64,000 nucleotides of DNA from a virus (Duplodnaviria; Caudoviricetes), in the IMG/VR virus record IMGVR_UViG_3300036832_001498, positions 1,924 through 65,923 of that record. One strand, written 5' to 3'. Position 1 is the first letter of the stretch; each line of letters opens with the position of its first letter. Positions 36,901 to 45,177 of the stretch are shown one piece after another. The notes under the pieces were generated by a model that did not search any database, was not told where the DNA came from, and worked only from the letters and a program-made list of their open reading frames with translations. A program made the position numbers and the translations under genes.

Positions 36901-39900
36901 CGCGAGCGCTGAGGATCAGGCGCAGTGGCCTGACGACTATTTCGAGAAGGAGAGGGAGGCGCTGCGCAACCTGCGAGCGCAGCAACGCGCTGCCGAGGCT
37001 GAAGCTCGCACCACGGACTATCGAGGCGGGCACTTCACGAACGAACAGCCGAACACCATGATGCACCGTCGTGAAAGCGACTTCGTTACCACCGACCGCA
37101 TGCCGGTGACGCAGGTGCATGAGATCCAGAGCGATCTTCATCAAGAGGGCCGGGATGAGGGCTACCGCCTCAAGCCGATCCGCCAGCTGCCCGAGGGATA
37201 CACGACGAAGCACATGAGTGGCGGCGGCTACGTCATCCTCGATCAGCGAGGTCGGCCTGCAATGGTGGCTGGCGATGAGGCGTGGTTCCCGGGAGCGCAG
37301 TCTCCTGAAGATGCCATCGATGGATTCCTCGGGAAATTCAACCAAACCCACAGCACCGGTGGCCCTCCCAATGCGCCCTTCAAGAAGTCGCATTGGGAAC
37401 TGAACATGAAGGACGCGATCCGCCAGGCTGTCGAGGACGGCAAGGGAGGCCTGACGTGGGACACGGGCGACACGCAGAATGATCGCTACAACCTCGCCAA
37501 GCAGGTGAGCCGCGTTGAGTACGACCCCAGCGACAGCACTCTCACGGCTTACGACCACAGCGGCAATCGCGTGATTCACGAGACTGCAGAGCCGGATGAA
37601 CTGCACCGCTACATCGGCGACGAGCTGGCGGAGAGGCTGCAGAAAAAGATCGACAACTACTACCCGGTGAATGAAGACGATTATTACATCGAGCCTGATC
37701 CTGACGAGGAAGACACCTACCGCGTTATGCGCGATGGTGAAGCGATAGACGAGGGGCTCACGCGCAAAGAGGCTGAACGGTCGCGGCAATCCTACATCGA
37801 CGAGGACTACAACAACCAGGAGCTACCCGCGTTACGCGGCCTCAACGACCTGACCGTTGGCGGCGAGGGCATGAAGGGCTTTTACGACAAGATGGTCCCC
37901 GACTTCGTGAAGAAGTACACGAAGAAGTGGGGCGGGAAAGTCGACACCGCAGAGCTACCCACCGGCGAATCGACCAAAGAGCACGTGTACGTCGGACCTG
38001 AGCTGACCAAGGAACAGGTCGAGCAGAAGTTCAAGGACGCAGGACGCAATGGCCCGCAGGAGTGGAAGAAGACTCCCTACGGCGGAGGCTCGTGGGCGTG
38101 GTTTCAGGACGGCCAGCAGATCAGCGGTGCATTCCCGGAAGAGAGCGAGCGCAACTTGGCAGCGCGGACGATCTCTGTCCCCAAGGCGCAATCCGACTGG
38201 CATCGCGTCTTCATCGCCATGGATCACGGCATCCCCTTCAAGGAGGAAATGGCAAACCACCCGGAGCTGGCGGAAGACATCGGCGGCAAGATCCAGACCA
38301 ACGAGACGCCGGTCACCACCACGGTTCACCGCCTCACCTTCACTCCCGAGATGGCCCGCGCCATCAGGGAAGAAGGCCAGCCGCTCTACTCGCGGGAGCC
38401 CGGCGAGAAAGCCACCGCGCCACGTTCGCGAACTGTGGGCAGCGTCATCAAAACACTGCGCGACGTGGAAAGCTCGGTGGATCCCGGCGATGAAACCACC
38501 GCAGCGCACATCAAAGTCAACGACGCCGGTCAGGATTTTCTCTCCTCCGGTTCGAAGTGGCTGGGCATCAACTGGAAAGGCTCCGACGCTCCCTCCCGCG
38601 TGGCGCTACTGCGCCAGTTCGCCGACAGCGTTGAGAAGACGCGGCCCACCACCGGCGGCCCCGAAGCTGCTGCCAAGCTGCGGCAGCTCGCCGATCAGAT
38701 CGAGCAGGTGCACGCTGCCAACTATGACCCCAACGCCGGGCACGCAGGCGTTCCCATCGTGCATGATCCATCAACCGTGAGCCATGAAGCTCACATTCAC
38801 GGTGGCCAGCGAACCTTCGATCCTGAAGGCGATGTCGAGAACTTCACCAACGTCGAAAAAACCTTGGCGCATCCTGCCGTTGAAGTTGCGCGGCCAACTC
38901 TCGAAGCCGCCTATGGCGGCGAGATGCGCCCGGCACACATGGTTGCCGAGCTGCAGGCGCACATTCTCGATGGCAGTCACGAAGAGCTTGGTCTCAGCAA
39001 GGAACAAGCTGTAGACTTCATCAAGCATTCGCTGGATGTTCTGGCCGAGCACCACGGGCCCGAAGTGATGGCGAATCCTCCGCGCCTGAGCCAGCGTTAT
39101 CTGCAGGCAATGCGCGACTACGTAGGAGAAGAGAATTATGCCGGTGAATCCGCTGAACCCGCTGAACCGCAAACCACCCAAGAAGAAACTCAAGCTGCAT
39201 ACCCCGGAGGAGCTGGTGGCGGCCCAGCAGAAAATGTTGGGGCTGGCCAGCCTGCCCAAGAAGGAGCGGGACACGCAGGTGGAGAAGCTGGTGTCGGGCA
39301 AGAAGTAATTCCCAGGTTCCTGCGCCAGCGTGGCAACCAGATCGCCTTTCAAGACCTCAGCCCCGAGCACCAAGACGGCGTTCACGAATATGTCGAGGAC
39401 ACTGAGCCCGACTGGAAACCAGAAAACCAAAAGTTCGTGAAGCAGACCGTGCAGCTGTCCGATCTGACGAAGGCAAAGAATCGCCCGCTGCCTTCGCTCG
39501 ATGATGTCGACAAGAGCATGGCTGGAAAGTCAATGACAAAAGGGCCGCTACTGCTGGACAGCGATCTCTCGGTGATGGACGGGATGCACCGGCTTGCTGA
39601 CGCGATCAAGAGCGGCAAGGACTCCGTCGACGCCTACGTGCGCCAGCCAGAGAGTCCCGACGATCTGAAATTTGTGCAATTGCGCAAGAAGCCTGCGCCG
39701 GTCAAGCCCACAGGCCCAGGCGGACGCACGCTGGTGGAGGATGTGGGCAGAACCTTGCAGAAATACTCCCGGGAAAATGTCGGCAAGCCGCTCAAGCTGA
39801 CGGCGGACAATGTTCCCCAAGCTGTCGAGCGCTACGTGAAAGCCGCTCTGCCTGAGGCCAAATACCAGCTCGTCAGTCAGGGCAGCGAGCAGAGCGGAGC

Positions 39901-40885
39901 AGACTGGTACACCAAAGCCATCTCCGACATGCAGTCAGAGTTCGCTAAGAACGGTCACCCCGAGCTTGATCCCAAGAAAGGCGATCCCACCAAGCAGACG
40001 TTGTTCAAGGCCATGCTGGCGGGCGCGAGTCTGGGTAATAAAGAGCTGCAGACGGTGCGCAACGGCGATGGCATCTGGAGTGAGTACAAGCGCACCGGCA
40101 AGGTGCCGATTGTGAATCCTGAAACCGGCAAGGGTTGGCCCAACGGGCAATTCAATGCCTACATGCATGGCTTTCGTGCACTGCAGCAACTGATCGACGA
40201 GAAGGGCGAGAAGGGCGCAGCGGATTTCCTGATGTCGCAGCATCCCATCAGCGAGCTGCGCCAGTACCGCGACTCGGTGCCGGGAAAAGCTGGCGATCAG
40301 CGGTATGGCGGGCTCATCCTCGGCGACAAGATGGGACCATTCTTCCTCAATATGAACGGCATTCGCTCTGAGCTGACAGCAGATATGTGGGAGGCTCGTC
40401 ACTGGAACCGGATCATGGGCACGCTGCAGGATCCCAATTCAGAGACCGGTTTGGTGGACGCGCCGCGCAACGAAACCGAACGCCGGGCGATGAAGCAGGC
40501 CAAAGAAGTTCTTGCTGGGAAACTAGGTCTTGATACAGCATCCACTCAGGCGGTAAATTGGATCTATGAACAGGCTCTCTACAACGCACACGGCATCACC
40601 CGAACAGTCTCCGACTACGGAGAAGCAGCTCGGGCCCACTTCGCAAGCCGAAATGCAGGCCACGGTGAGGAAGCTCCAGCGGCAAGGCCGCATGCCATCC
40701 CTGCGCGAGTGGCTCCGGGCCGTCGAGGAGACGAGCGCCGTGATAAGGCCAAAAGTGCTCGCGGCCCGTCGACGGCAAGCTCGCTGATTCCTTCTTTCCT
40801 GCGGCGCAAGCAACTCGAATCGATTACTCCCCCACCCGCAGCTCCCGGCGCGATCCCAAAATTTCTGCAACAACGCAACGTCTAG
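33926..40885 (+). CDS. Giant ejection / large polyvalent protein (2319 aa)
   Basis: Multiple globular modules with Pro-rich linkers; HEAHIH..E (zincin-like), VMDGMHRL (ParB/Srx-like), GDKMGPFFLN...TADMW module. Confidence 0.7.
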   Translation: MALSGDNSGNPQPVVTPDLTAPPDLTQPGKGPEFAAKNADPNRIDVVMPPSPDNPKGLKGSVPKENLPAALQRGFKVGVQAVSPEGKWGVLPADKDSVAEAKKRGFHFGPAASLGGIRPPQPPAMQEAPSGVLGLMAEPWQQHSELSREEAQRHANLAYGPDAAPGVLGAPSRIFHAIASPIQEAEAAASGVVGGLTSDPKALAAVAAGAVNPAIPAAYFGTQGAAGLLGLGDRPSSVKQAILHPTPENVQQALFDASMAFGAAGEGVRGFKPIEATPGVPGSPVNRPPAPAEGAAMPLLRAAKRGAIDPLLQGVRGIYDPAALTPTEAATKAFRPRNSKANWQAEIQSSLPHMRRAADDLGIDPENMTMEEGIQATQKAAVDKWMEYKRNFLGPNADVVVDASPVAAAIRDKITDRMREQNPELAAKIEAVAKTYDGRSLTMAQLQQRVSELNNEMRATEAKFVGDKRAAKLSPKNAYKFAERDTMRGIMDDRMNQLSGPGAAQMRKDYGALRSVEDVMQRRINVVDRAAREPLAAMMAKIYAAGHIVTGLATANPWSVLKGATALAAERRMRLQQDPDYLTQLAFKNTKPSTPMEPEPPPQGQLPFGPSTLWDINQTPAPEPIQPPLALPPGQYEQPPSPLGPIFRSRQPQLGKGAEPPVIPPSRQLGPARPHQLGPVPEPPVNPLFPRLGRRQGVAEAPGGPQGAAPASLQNVPIGTLPKDLKSMPLGEPTTVGGRATVETAKADNMFWEQAKQALGPKATFSEISSKALQLKADALRERGPSPSGRPQPFETTTGAMQTIENDPNLPVHPGRKPPQGTIENIPPFSGTGDLEARPLAIGPPGPESPQMDLGFGLPRRAGQFFSKAEQIAEAKLPKSGTGDSFLATLRNNGVKAEEISDLGLDEFAGKPKVTKQEFLDAVQSRRPELSQTVLAGDDARFEKYATPGGENYREILTHFPQSDAAAAAESFKQEADAREREMNDEIDRHNNASAEDQAQWPDDYFEKEREALRNLRAQQRAAEAEARTTDYRGGHFTNEQPNTMMHRRESDFVTTDRMPVTQVHEIQSDLHQEGRDEGYRLKPIRQLPEGYTTKHMSGGGYVILDQRGRPAMVAGDEAWFPGAQSPEDAIDGFLGKFNQTHSTGGPPNAPFKKSHWELNMKDAIRQAVEDGKGGLTWDTGDTQNDRYNLAKQVSRVEYDPSDSTLTAYDHSGNRVIHETAEPDELHRYIGDELAERLQKKIDNYYPVNEDDYYIEPDPDEEDTYRVMRDGEAIDEGLTRKEAERSRQSYIDEDYNNQELPALRGLNDLTVGGEGMKGFYDKMVPDFVKKYTKKWGGKVDTAELPTGESTKEHVYVGPELTKEQVEQKFKDAGRNGPQEWKKTPYGGGSWAWFQDGQQISGAFPEESERNLAARTISVPKAQSDWHRVFIAMDHGIPFKEEMANHPELAEDIGGKIQTNETPVTTTVHRLTFTPEMARAIREEGQPLYSREPGEKATAPRSRTVGSVIKTLRDVESSVDPGDETTAAHIKVNDAGQDFLSSGSKWLGINWKGSDAPSRVALLRQFADSVEKTRPTTGGPEAAAKLRQLADQIEQVHAANYDPNAGHAGVPIVHDPSTVSHEAHIHGGQRTFDPEGDVENFTNVEKTLAHPAVEVARPTLEAAYGGEMRPAHMVAELQAHILDGSHEELGLSKEQAVDFIKHSLDVLAEHHGPEVMANPPRLSQRYLQAMRDYVGEENYAGESAEPAEPQTTQEETQAAYPGGAGGGPAENVGAGQPAQEGAGHAGGEAGVGQEVIPRFLRQRGNQIAFQDLSPEHQDGVHEYVEDTEPDWKPENQKFVKQTVQLSDLTKAKNRPLPSLDDVDKSMAGKSMTKGPLLLDSDLSVMDGMHRLADAIKSGKDSVDAYVRQPESPDDLKFVQLRKKPAPVKPTGPGGRTLVEDVGRTLQKYSRENVGKPLKLTADNVPQAVERYVKAALPEAKYQLVSQGSEQSGADWYTKAISDMQSEFAKNGHPELDPKKGDPTKQTLFKAMLAGASLGNKELQTVRNGDGIWSEYKRTGKVPIVNPETGKGWPNGQFNAYMHGFRALQQLIDEKGEKGAADFLMSQHPISELRQYRDSVPGKAGDQRYGGLILGDKMGPFFLNMNGIRSELTADMWEARHWNRIMGTLQDPNSETGLVDAPRNETERRAMKQAKEVLAGKLGLDTASTQAVNWIYEQALYNAHGITRTVSDYGEAARAHFASRNAGHGEEAPAARPHAIPARVAPGRRGDERRDKAKSARGPSTASSLIPSFLRRKQLESITPPPAAPGAIPKFLQQRNV

Positions 40886-40894
40886 GAGGTTTCT

Positions 40895-41137
40895 ATGGGT
40901 GCAGGCATGCCCGCCGCCAAACAATTTCCGCCGCCCAGTGGAGTCGGAGCCAGTCAGGGCTCGAATGTGGTCACACCGGCGCAGCCTGCGCAGCCTGCAT
41001 CAGCTGCGCCCAATCCCCTGTTTCGACCACAGCAGACCGTGCCCGGCTTGGGAGCCGTGCCCGTGCCCGCGAATCCCTATGCAGATTTGCTGAAGGCGCG
41101 AGGCTCTATGCGCTCTCGGACGGGGACTTCTTACTAG
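40895..41137 (+). CDS. Small Pro-rich hypothetical
   Basis: AGGAGG RBS. Confidence 0.55.
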   Translation: MGAGMPAAKQFPPPSGVGASQGSNVVTPAQPAQPASAAPNPLFRPQQTVPGLGAVPVPANPYADLLKARGSMRSRTGTSY

Positions 41138-41594
41138 ATTTTTTCTTCTTGCTTTTGCTGGGCTCGAAGGGATCGATGTAGACCGAGCGCACCGGCAGCA
41201 GGCTCACCACATCTGTGCCCTCGTTGTAGACGAAAACTTTGGGATTGTTTCGACAGGTGATCTTGACGTTGCGCACATGGCGCTCGGGCAGGCCCAGTGC
41301 AGCCCCGCCGGTTTTCAGATCGCTGAGCAATTCTTCGAGAGCCGCTTCCCTGTTCTTGGCGAAGAACAGCAGGTAAGTCTTCATCGCTTCGGCGATTCCC
41401 ATTCCCTCAAATGTCTTGCCGTGCAGCCGCAGGATTTCGCCCTTGCCGGTCGACGGCACTGGCTGATTCAAAATGAGCAAAAAATCTTCCAGTTCTTTCA
41501 CCTTGGCTCGATAGCTCATCAATCGTTTCTCCACTTCTTGAATGGTCTGTTGTTTGATGTCGACATCAGCGTCGAAGGCCAGAGTGGTTTCCAT
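41106..41594 (-). CDS. Coiled coil plus winged-helix-like protein (moron orientation)
   Basis: Lower GC; opposite strand at end of late operon. Confidence 0.5.
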   Translation of the reverse strand: METTLAFDADVDIKQQTIQEVEKRLMSYRAKVKELEDFLLILNQPVPSTGKGEILRLHGKTFEGMGIAEAMKTYLLFFAKNREAALEELLSDLKTGGAALGLPERHVRNVKITCRNNPKVFVYNEGTDVVSLLPVRSVYIDPFEPSKSKKKKSSKKSPSESA

Positions 41595-41738
41595 AGGTTT
41601 GGGATCCTTGTTCCTGCAGCGAAACAAGCCTAGCCTAAGCCAGCAGCGGCTTGCAGGTCAAATGAAATTCCCTTCAGGGAAGTGTCTGGGGTGGAACTTA
41701 GGGAAAATCCTTAGGGGTGTTGGTGTAGAATTCCCGCC

Positions 41739-41948
41739 ATGCCCACTCAGGCGATTGAACTCACTCCGGATCGGATCAAGCTCTGCCGCGAGGCCACCGA
41801 CCAGGTGCTGGCTGCCTTCGCAGCGTCCCGGCTCACGGATCATGAGATCATGCTGACGCTCTCCATGATGCTGCGCTACTACGAGGACAAGACCGGTACG
41901 CAGATCACCGGCATGGTCGGAGTACCCAAGGGAGCGGTGGGGGCCTAA
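41739..41948 (+). CDS. Small hypothetical, probably leaderless
   Basis: TAGAAT -10 at 41726-41731, 7 nt before ATG; no SD. Confidence 0.5.
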   Translation: MPTQAIELTPDRIKLCREATDQVLAAFAASRLTDHEIMLTLSMMLRYYEDKTGTQITGMVGVPKGAVGA

Positions 41949-42754
41949 TGAAAAGCTTCGTGCACTGGCTGGGCTGGCACGGCACGCAGGGTCACGTGCC
42001 TTTGATCTACGTCGGATCCGACGGCGTCGCCCAGCCTTACATCTCATCTTCCATCGCGATCTGCGACGACCAGTGCAAGCGCATGCTGGAGCGTGAGATC
42101 GATGGCGTGAACGTCGACTACTACGGCCCCAAATCCGCGAGCGCTCTGGCGTACCTCAGAATGCTGTACGCGTGCGAGCGGGCAGGCCTGAGCTACTCGG
42201 TGTGCATCGATCAGGGCGCGGTCAAAAACGCCAGCGACAAAACGCAGGCCTACATCGATGTGATCAACTTCGTGGTCGATGCGTTCTGTGTTTCGCCTGC
42301 CTACGAGCGCACCGGCGATGGCAGGCCGATGATGAATTTTTTCAACGAGCCTCCGAACGTCGACTGGGGCAAGGTGCGGGCAGGAATCCCCAACGGTGAT
42401 CAGATCGCATTTCTGTTTCAGGGCGGCGTGGGTTTCACGCACGCCGAATCGGATGGCGGGTACGGCTGGGTCAACCCCACTTCCAATCCCGGTGACATCA
42501 ACATTCCGGCGCTCGACACCTTCGTGAACGCGGCGAAGCAGAACCCGAACAAGATCGCGTGGTATCCGATTTATCCCGGCTTCGATGATTCCATCGCGGG
42601 CTGGTCGAAGCATCGCTTCATGGCGCGGCAGCTCGACCGCACCCTGAAACAGACGCGAGCCAAGGTGCCGCTGGATGCCGAGTACGAGCTGGTTGTGACG
42701 TGGAACGATCACGAAGAAGGAACCGCAATTGAGACTGGAGTGTGCACGCTCTGA
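41948..42754 (+). CDS. Glycoside hydrolase, GH71/GH99-like
   Basis: IDGVNVDYYG, YPGFDD, VTWNDHEEGTAIE. Confidence 0.7.
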   Translation: MKSFVHWLGWHGTQGHVPLIYVGSDGVAQPYISSSIAICDDQCKRMLEREIDGVNVDYYGPKSASALAYLRMLYACERAGLSYSVCIDQGAVKNASDKTQAYIDVINFVVDAFCVSPAYERTGDGRPMMNFFNEPPNVDWGKVRAGIPNGDQIAFLFQGGVGFTHAESDGGYGWVNPTSNPGDINIPALDTFVNAAKQNPNKIAWYPIYPGFDDSIAGWSKHRFMARQLDRTLKQTRAKVPLDAEYELVVTWNDHEEGTAIETGVCTL

Positions 42755-42770
42755 GTGCTAGAATTGAGCC

Positions 42771-42845
42771 GCATCAGTAGGTGAGTCGCGAGGCTCATTT
42801 GCTGTGCTCCTTGGCCCCGGCTGCTAACCGGGGCCGTAATTATTT
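42771..42845 (+). ncRNA. Candidate trans-acting antisense small RNA (anti-RBS seed GCUGUGCUCCUU)
   Basis: Extended -10 TGCTAGAAT (42756-42764); GNRA hairpin 42781-42798; seed 42801-42812; 8-bp GC hairpin 42813-42835 plus AU tail. Confidence 0.5.
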
Positions 42846-43043
42846 GGGGAGCATCGAAGGCAGTTGGGGCAGCGCTCTCTCCAGCAGTTTCAACTCCAGC
42901 GCAGTTGGCTGAGCTTCTCCGCGCTCGATCAGCGACAGATGCGTGGCCGAGATTCCGCAGAGATGGGCCACGTCCACTTGCCGCAGGCCTGCTGCAATCC
43001 TCCGCAATCGAAAACTCAAGCTGCGTGGAATTTCCTCTGGCAT
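42840..43043 (-). CDS. XRE-family HTH regulator (repressor/Cro-like), probably leaderless
   Basis: RRIAAGLRQVDVAHLCGISATHLSLIERG; TAGAAT 6 nt before ATG. Confidence 0.8.
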   Translation of the reverse strand: MPEEIPRSLSFRLRRIAAGLRQVDVAHLCGISATHLSLIERGEAQPTALELKLLERALPQLPSMLPK

Positions 43044-43102
43044 GCGGACATTCTAAAACAACTGTTGCAATCGGAATCTCTCGTACTACGACGAATTACG
43101 AA

Positions 43103-43177
43103 TGGTGGCCGGGGGGAGAATTGAACTCCCCACGCCTGCCTTTTCAGGGCAGCGCTCTACCGATGAGCTACCCGGCC
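43103..43177 (-). tRNA. tRNA-Phe(GAA) with encoded CCA
   Basis: Acceptor GGCCGGG/CCCGGCC-ACCA; anticodon arm CTGCC-CTGAAAA-GGCAG; T arm GGGAG-TTCAATT-CTCCC. Confidence 0.9.
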
Positions 43178-43189
43178 ACAGGCGAAAAA

Positions 43190-43385
43190 CCGGTCACACA
43201 ACTATCACACGGCTGTGTAACCAGACTGACCTAACTGACCTAACTAACCACGTAGAATCTGCAACTTGCTGATTCCACATGCCGCTAGGCAGATGGAGTT
43301 GTTCTCCGGCCCCTCTTTTAAATAGAGCGACTTGCAAAAGATTCTTCGAAGTTTGTTACACAACTATTACGCGAACTGTGCTAGG
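43190..43385. mobile_element. Candidate attP region
   Basis: Direct repeats GT(C/T)ACACAACTAT(C/T)AC at 43193 and 43355; 9-bp tandem ACTGACCTA; IHF-like CAACTTGCTGATT at 43262; next to integrase. Confidence 0.55.
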
Positions 43386-43423
43386 ATGTTCTCGGGTTGA
43401 AACACACCCAAGGAGCACAGCCA

Positions 43424-44998
43424 ATGAACACCACGATTGATCTCGCCGCTGAGCAGGCCGCGATGCGAGCCCGCCAGATCCCAGCCAAGACTGTTCAACC
43501 AATCGCAGTTGAAGACTTCTCCACTGAAAATGAAGTCGCCGTCGCATGCGCTCACAAGTGGACCGAATTCCTGATCAAGCAAACTCCCGGGATCCGCCCC
43601 GAAGCGAAGGCCATTGTTCTTCGTCACGCGAAGACGTGCAAGCACCAAGACGGCAGCGAGGAATGCGAGTGCAGCAAGTGGATGTATGTGCGCGGCGAGC
43701 GCGAGCGGTTCCCTCTCTTTGTGAGAAACTGGGCAGCGGCCCGAGAGCGCGTGAAGGAATACTGCGACCGCCGCGATGTCAAGATGGTGCGCGAGCTGCA
43801 ACGCGCCGAGGAGTGGGACGCCGAGCACAGCTACCAACGCATGCTGCTCACCGATGGCATCCAACTGATGATCCAAGCCAAGCTGACCGCGAAGGACACC
43901 ACTAGGAATCTGGGCCGCGACGTCGCCACCAGCAAGATCGCCACCATCTCGAAACACTTCTTTGCGTTTCTCGACCGTTACAACCGGAGCCGACCGAGCG
44001 CCGAGCCGATCCGCTATTTCGATCAGATCACCACCGGCCTCTTGCAGGATCAGTGGAGGCCGACGTGGCCAGCGCGGACCTTCAACACGAAATTCAACTA
44101 TCGCACCAACGTCATCCACATTTTCCACTACGCCATGGATCAGCACTGGATGCCCGACACGCGCAAGCTGGGTGGCGATGGCAAGTGCCAGTGCGTGGCG
44201 TGCCGGATGCTCGCACTCACCGGCAAGGGCGACGTGCAGTCGAAGCTGCCCTTCAACATGCCCGACAAGGTCCACACCAGCCCTGAGTGGCAGATGCGCT
44301 ACATCCTCGATGCATGCAAGAAACTCAAATCGGATGTTCGCCCGCACCTCGGCCAGCGCCTCGCAGCTTTGATCGAGGTGGGCAGCTGGGGCGGCGCTCG
44401 CATCTCCGACACATCGCTGATGGCGCGAAGTGCGGTTGATCTGAACACGGGCTCGTGGACGTATCAGCCGCTGAAGACGCGCAACACCAGCAAGAAGTGG
44501 GTCACCACGCAGCTGCCGCCTCACGTTTGCCAGCTGCTGCGCGAGCTGCCTGCCGCCGCTGACTCCGATCCCGATTACTTCTTCTGGACCGGGAAATCGC
44601 TGGAGCAGAACGCCGCTGATCCGTGGCACGACGATCTCTCGCAGCTCTGGGCGCTGGTCGACAAGCGAGCGGGAATTCGTCAGCACAAAAACGACAAGGG
44701 GCAGATGGTCTGGGGGATTCGTGATCCCAAGCAGGGTGGCCGCTGGTCGAAGGTTTCGTTTCACAGTTTCCGGAACACGTTCGCGGTTCGGTGCCGCATG
44801 AGTGGTATGAGCTTCGCCCGCATCGGGGAGCTGATCGGCGACACCGAGCAGACTGTGAAGGATCACTACGCGCACTACACAGAAGGCGTCATGAATGCCA
44901 CCACCGCCGATCTGCGGCAGACTTGGCCGACGCGGCAGCACGAGGAGCTGGTTCTCAGAGAATCAGCTTCCTCGGTGGGCCACGTCGCACAGGCTTAG
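43424..44998 (+). CDS. int: Tyrosine recombinase / integrase
   Basis: GARISD (R), PLKT (K), FHSFRNTFA (HxxR), LIGD, DHYAHY (Y). Confidence 0.9.
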   Translation: MNTTIDLAAEQAAMRARQIPAKTVQPIAVEDFSTENEVAVACAHKWTEFLIKQTPGIRPEAKAIVLRHAKTCKHQDGSEECECSKWMYVRGERERFPLFVRNWAAARERVKEYCDRRDVKMVRELQRAEEWDAEHSYQRMLLTDGIQLMIQAKLTAKDTTRNLGRDVATSKIATISKHFFAFLDRYNRSRPSAEPIRYFDQITTGLLQDQWRPTWPARTFNTKFNYRTNVIHIFHYAMDQHWMPDTRKLGGDGKCQCVACRMLALTGKGDVQSKLPFNMPDKVHTSPEWQMRYILDACKKLKSDVRPHLGQRLAALIEVGSWGGARISDTSLMARSAVDLNTGSWTYQPLKTRNTSKKWVTTQLPPHVCQLLRELPAAADSDPDYFFWTGKSLEQNAADPWHDDLSQLWALVDKRAGIRQHKNDKGQMVWGIRDPKQGGRWSKVSFHSFRNTFAVRCRMSGMSFARIGELIGDTEQTVKDHYAHYTEGVMNATTADLRQTWPTRQHEELVLRESASSVGHVAQA

Positions 44999-45176
44999 GC
45001 GTGCTGTTGCGCATGCGCAACAGTGTTTGCTCGACCACGGAGTGAGGGACGAAGAATCTTCTGCCGTCCCTCACCGTGAGCGGGTGGTGTTTGAAGTGGC
45101 GCGATATCCGCTGACGGGTCCAGCTCAGCAGCGGCACCAGTTCTTTCGCGGTGTAGTACTTCTCAATCGCCGCCAT
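44955..45176 (-). CDS. Excisionase-like small basic wHTH protein
   Basis: YYTAKELVPLLSWTRQRISRHF; convergent with int; GGAG RBS. Confidence 0.6.
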   Translation of the reverse strand: MAAIEKYYTAKELVPLLSWTRQRISRHFKHHPLTVRDGRRFFVPHSVVEQTLLRMRNSTPKPVRRGPPRKLIL

Positions 45177-45177
45177 A

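Noticed and set aside
36062-37789. Long antisense ORFs (also 43367-44941, 13092-14519, 57238-58437, 8498-9847)
   Set aside because: Shadow frames of high-GC genes; no RBS or protein-like motifs, and the opposite strand holds the recognisable gene.
43103-43177. Suppressor or odd tRNA
   Set aside because: The 7-nt loop CTGAAAA gives a normal GAA (Phe) anticodon.
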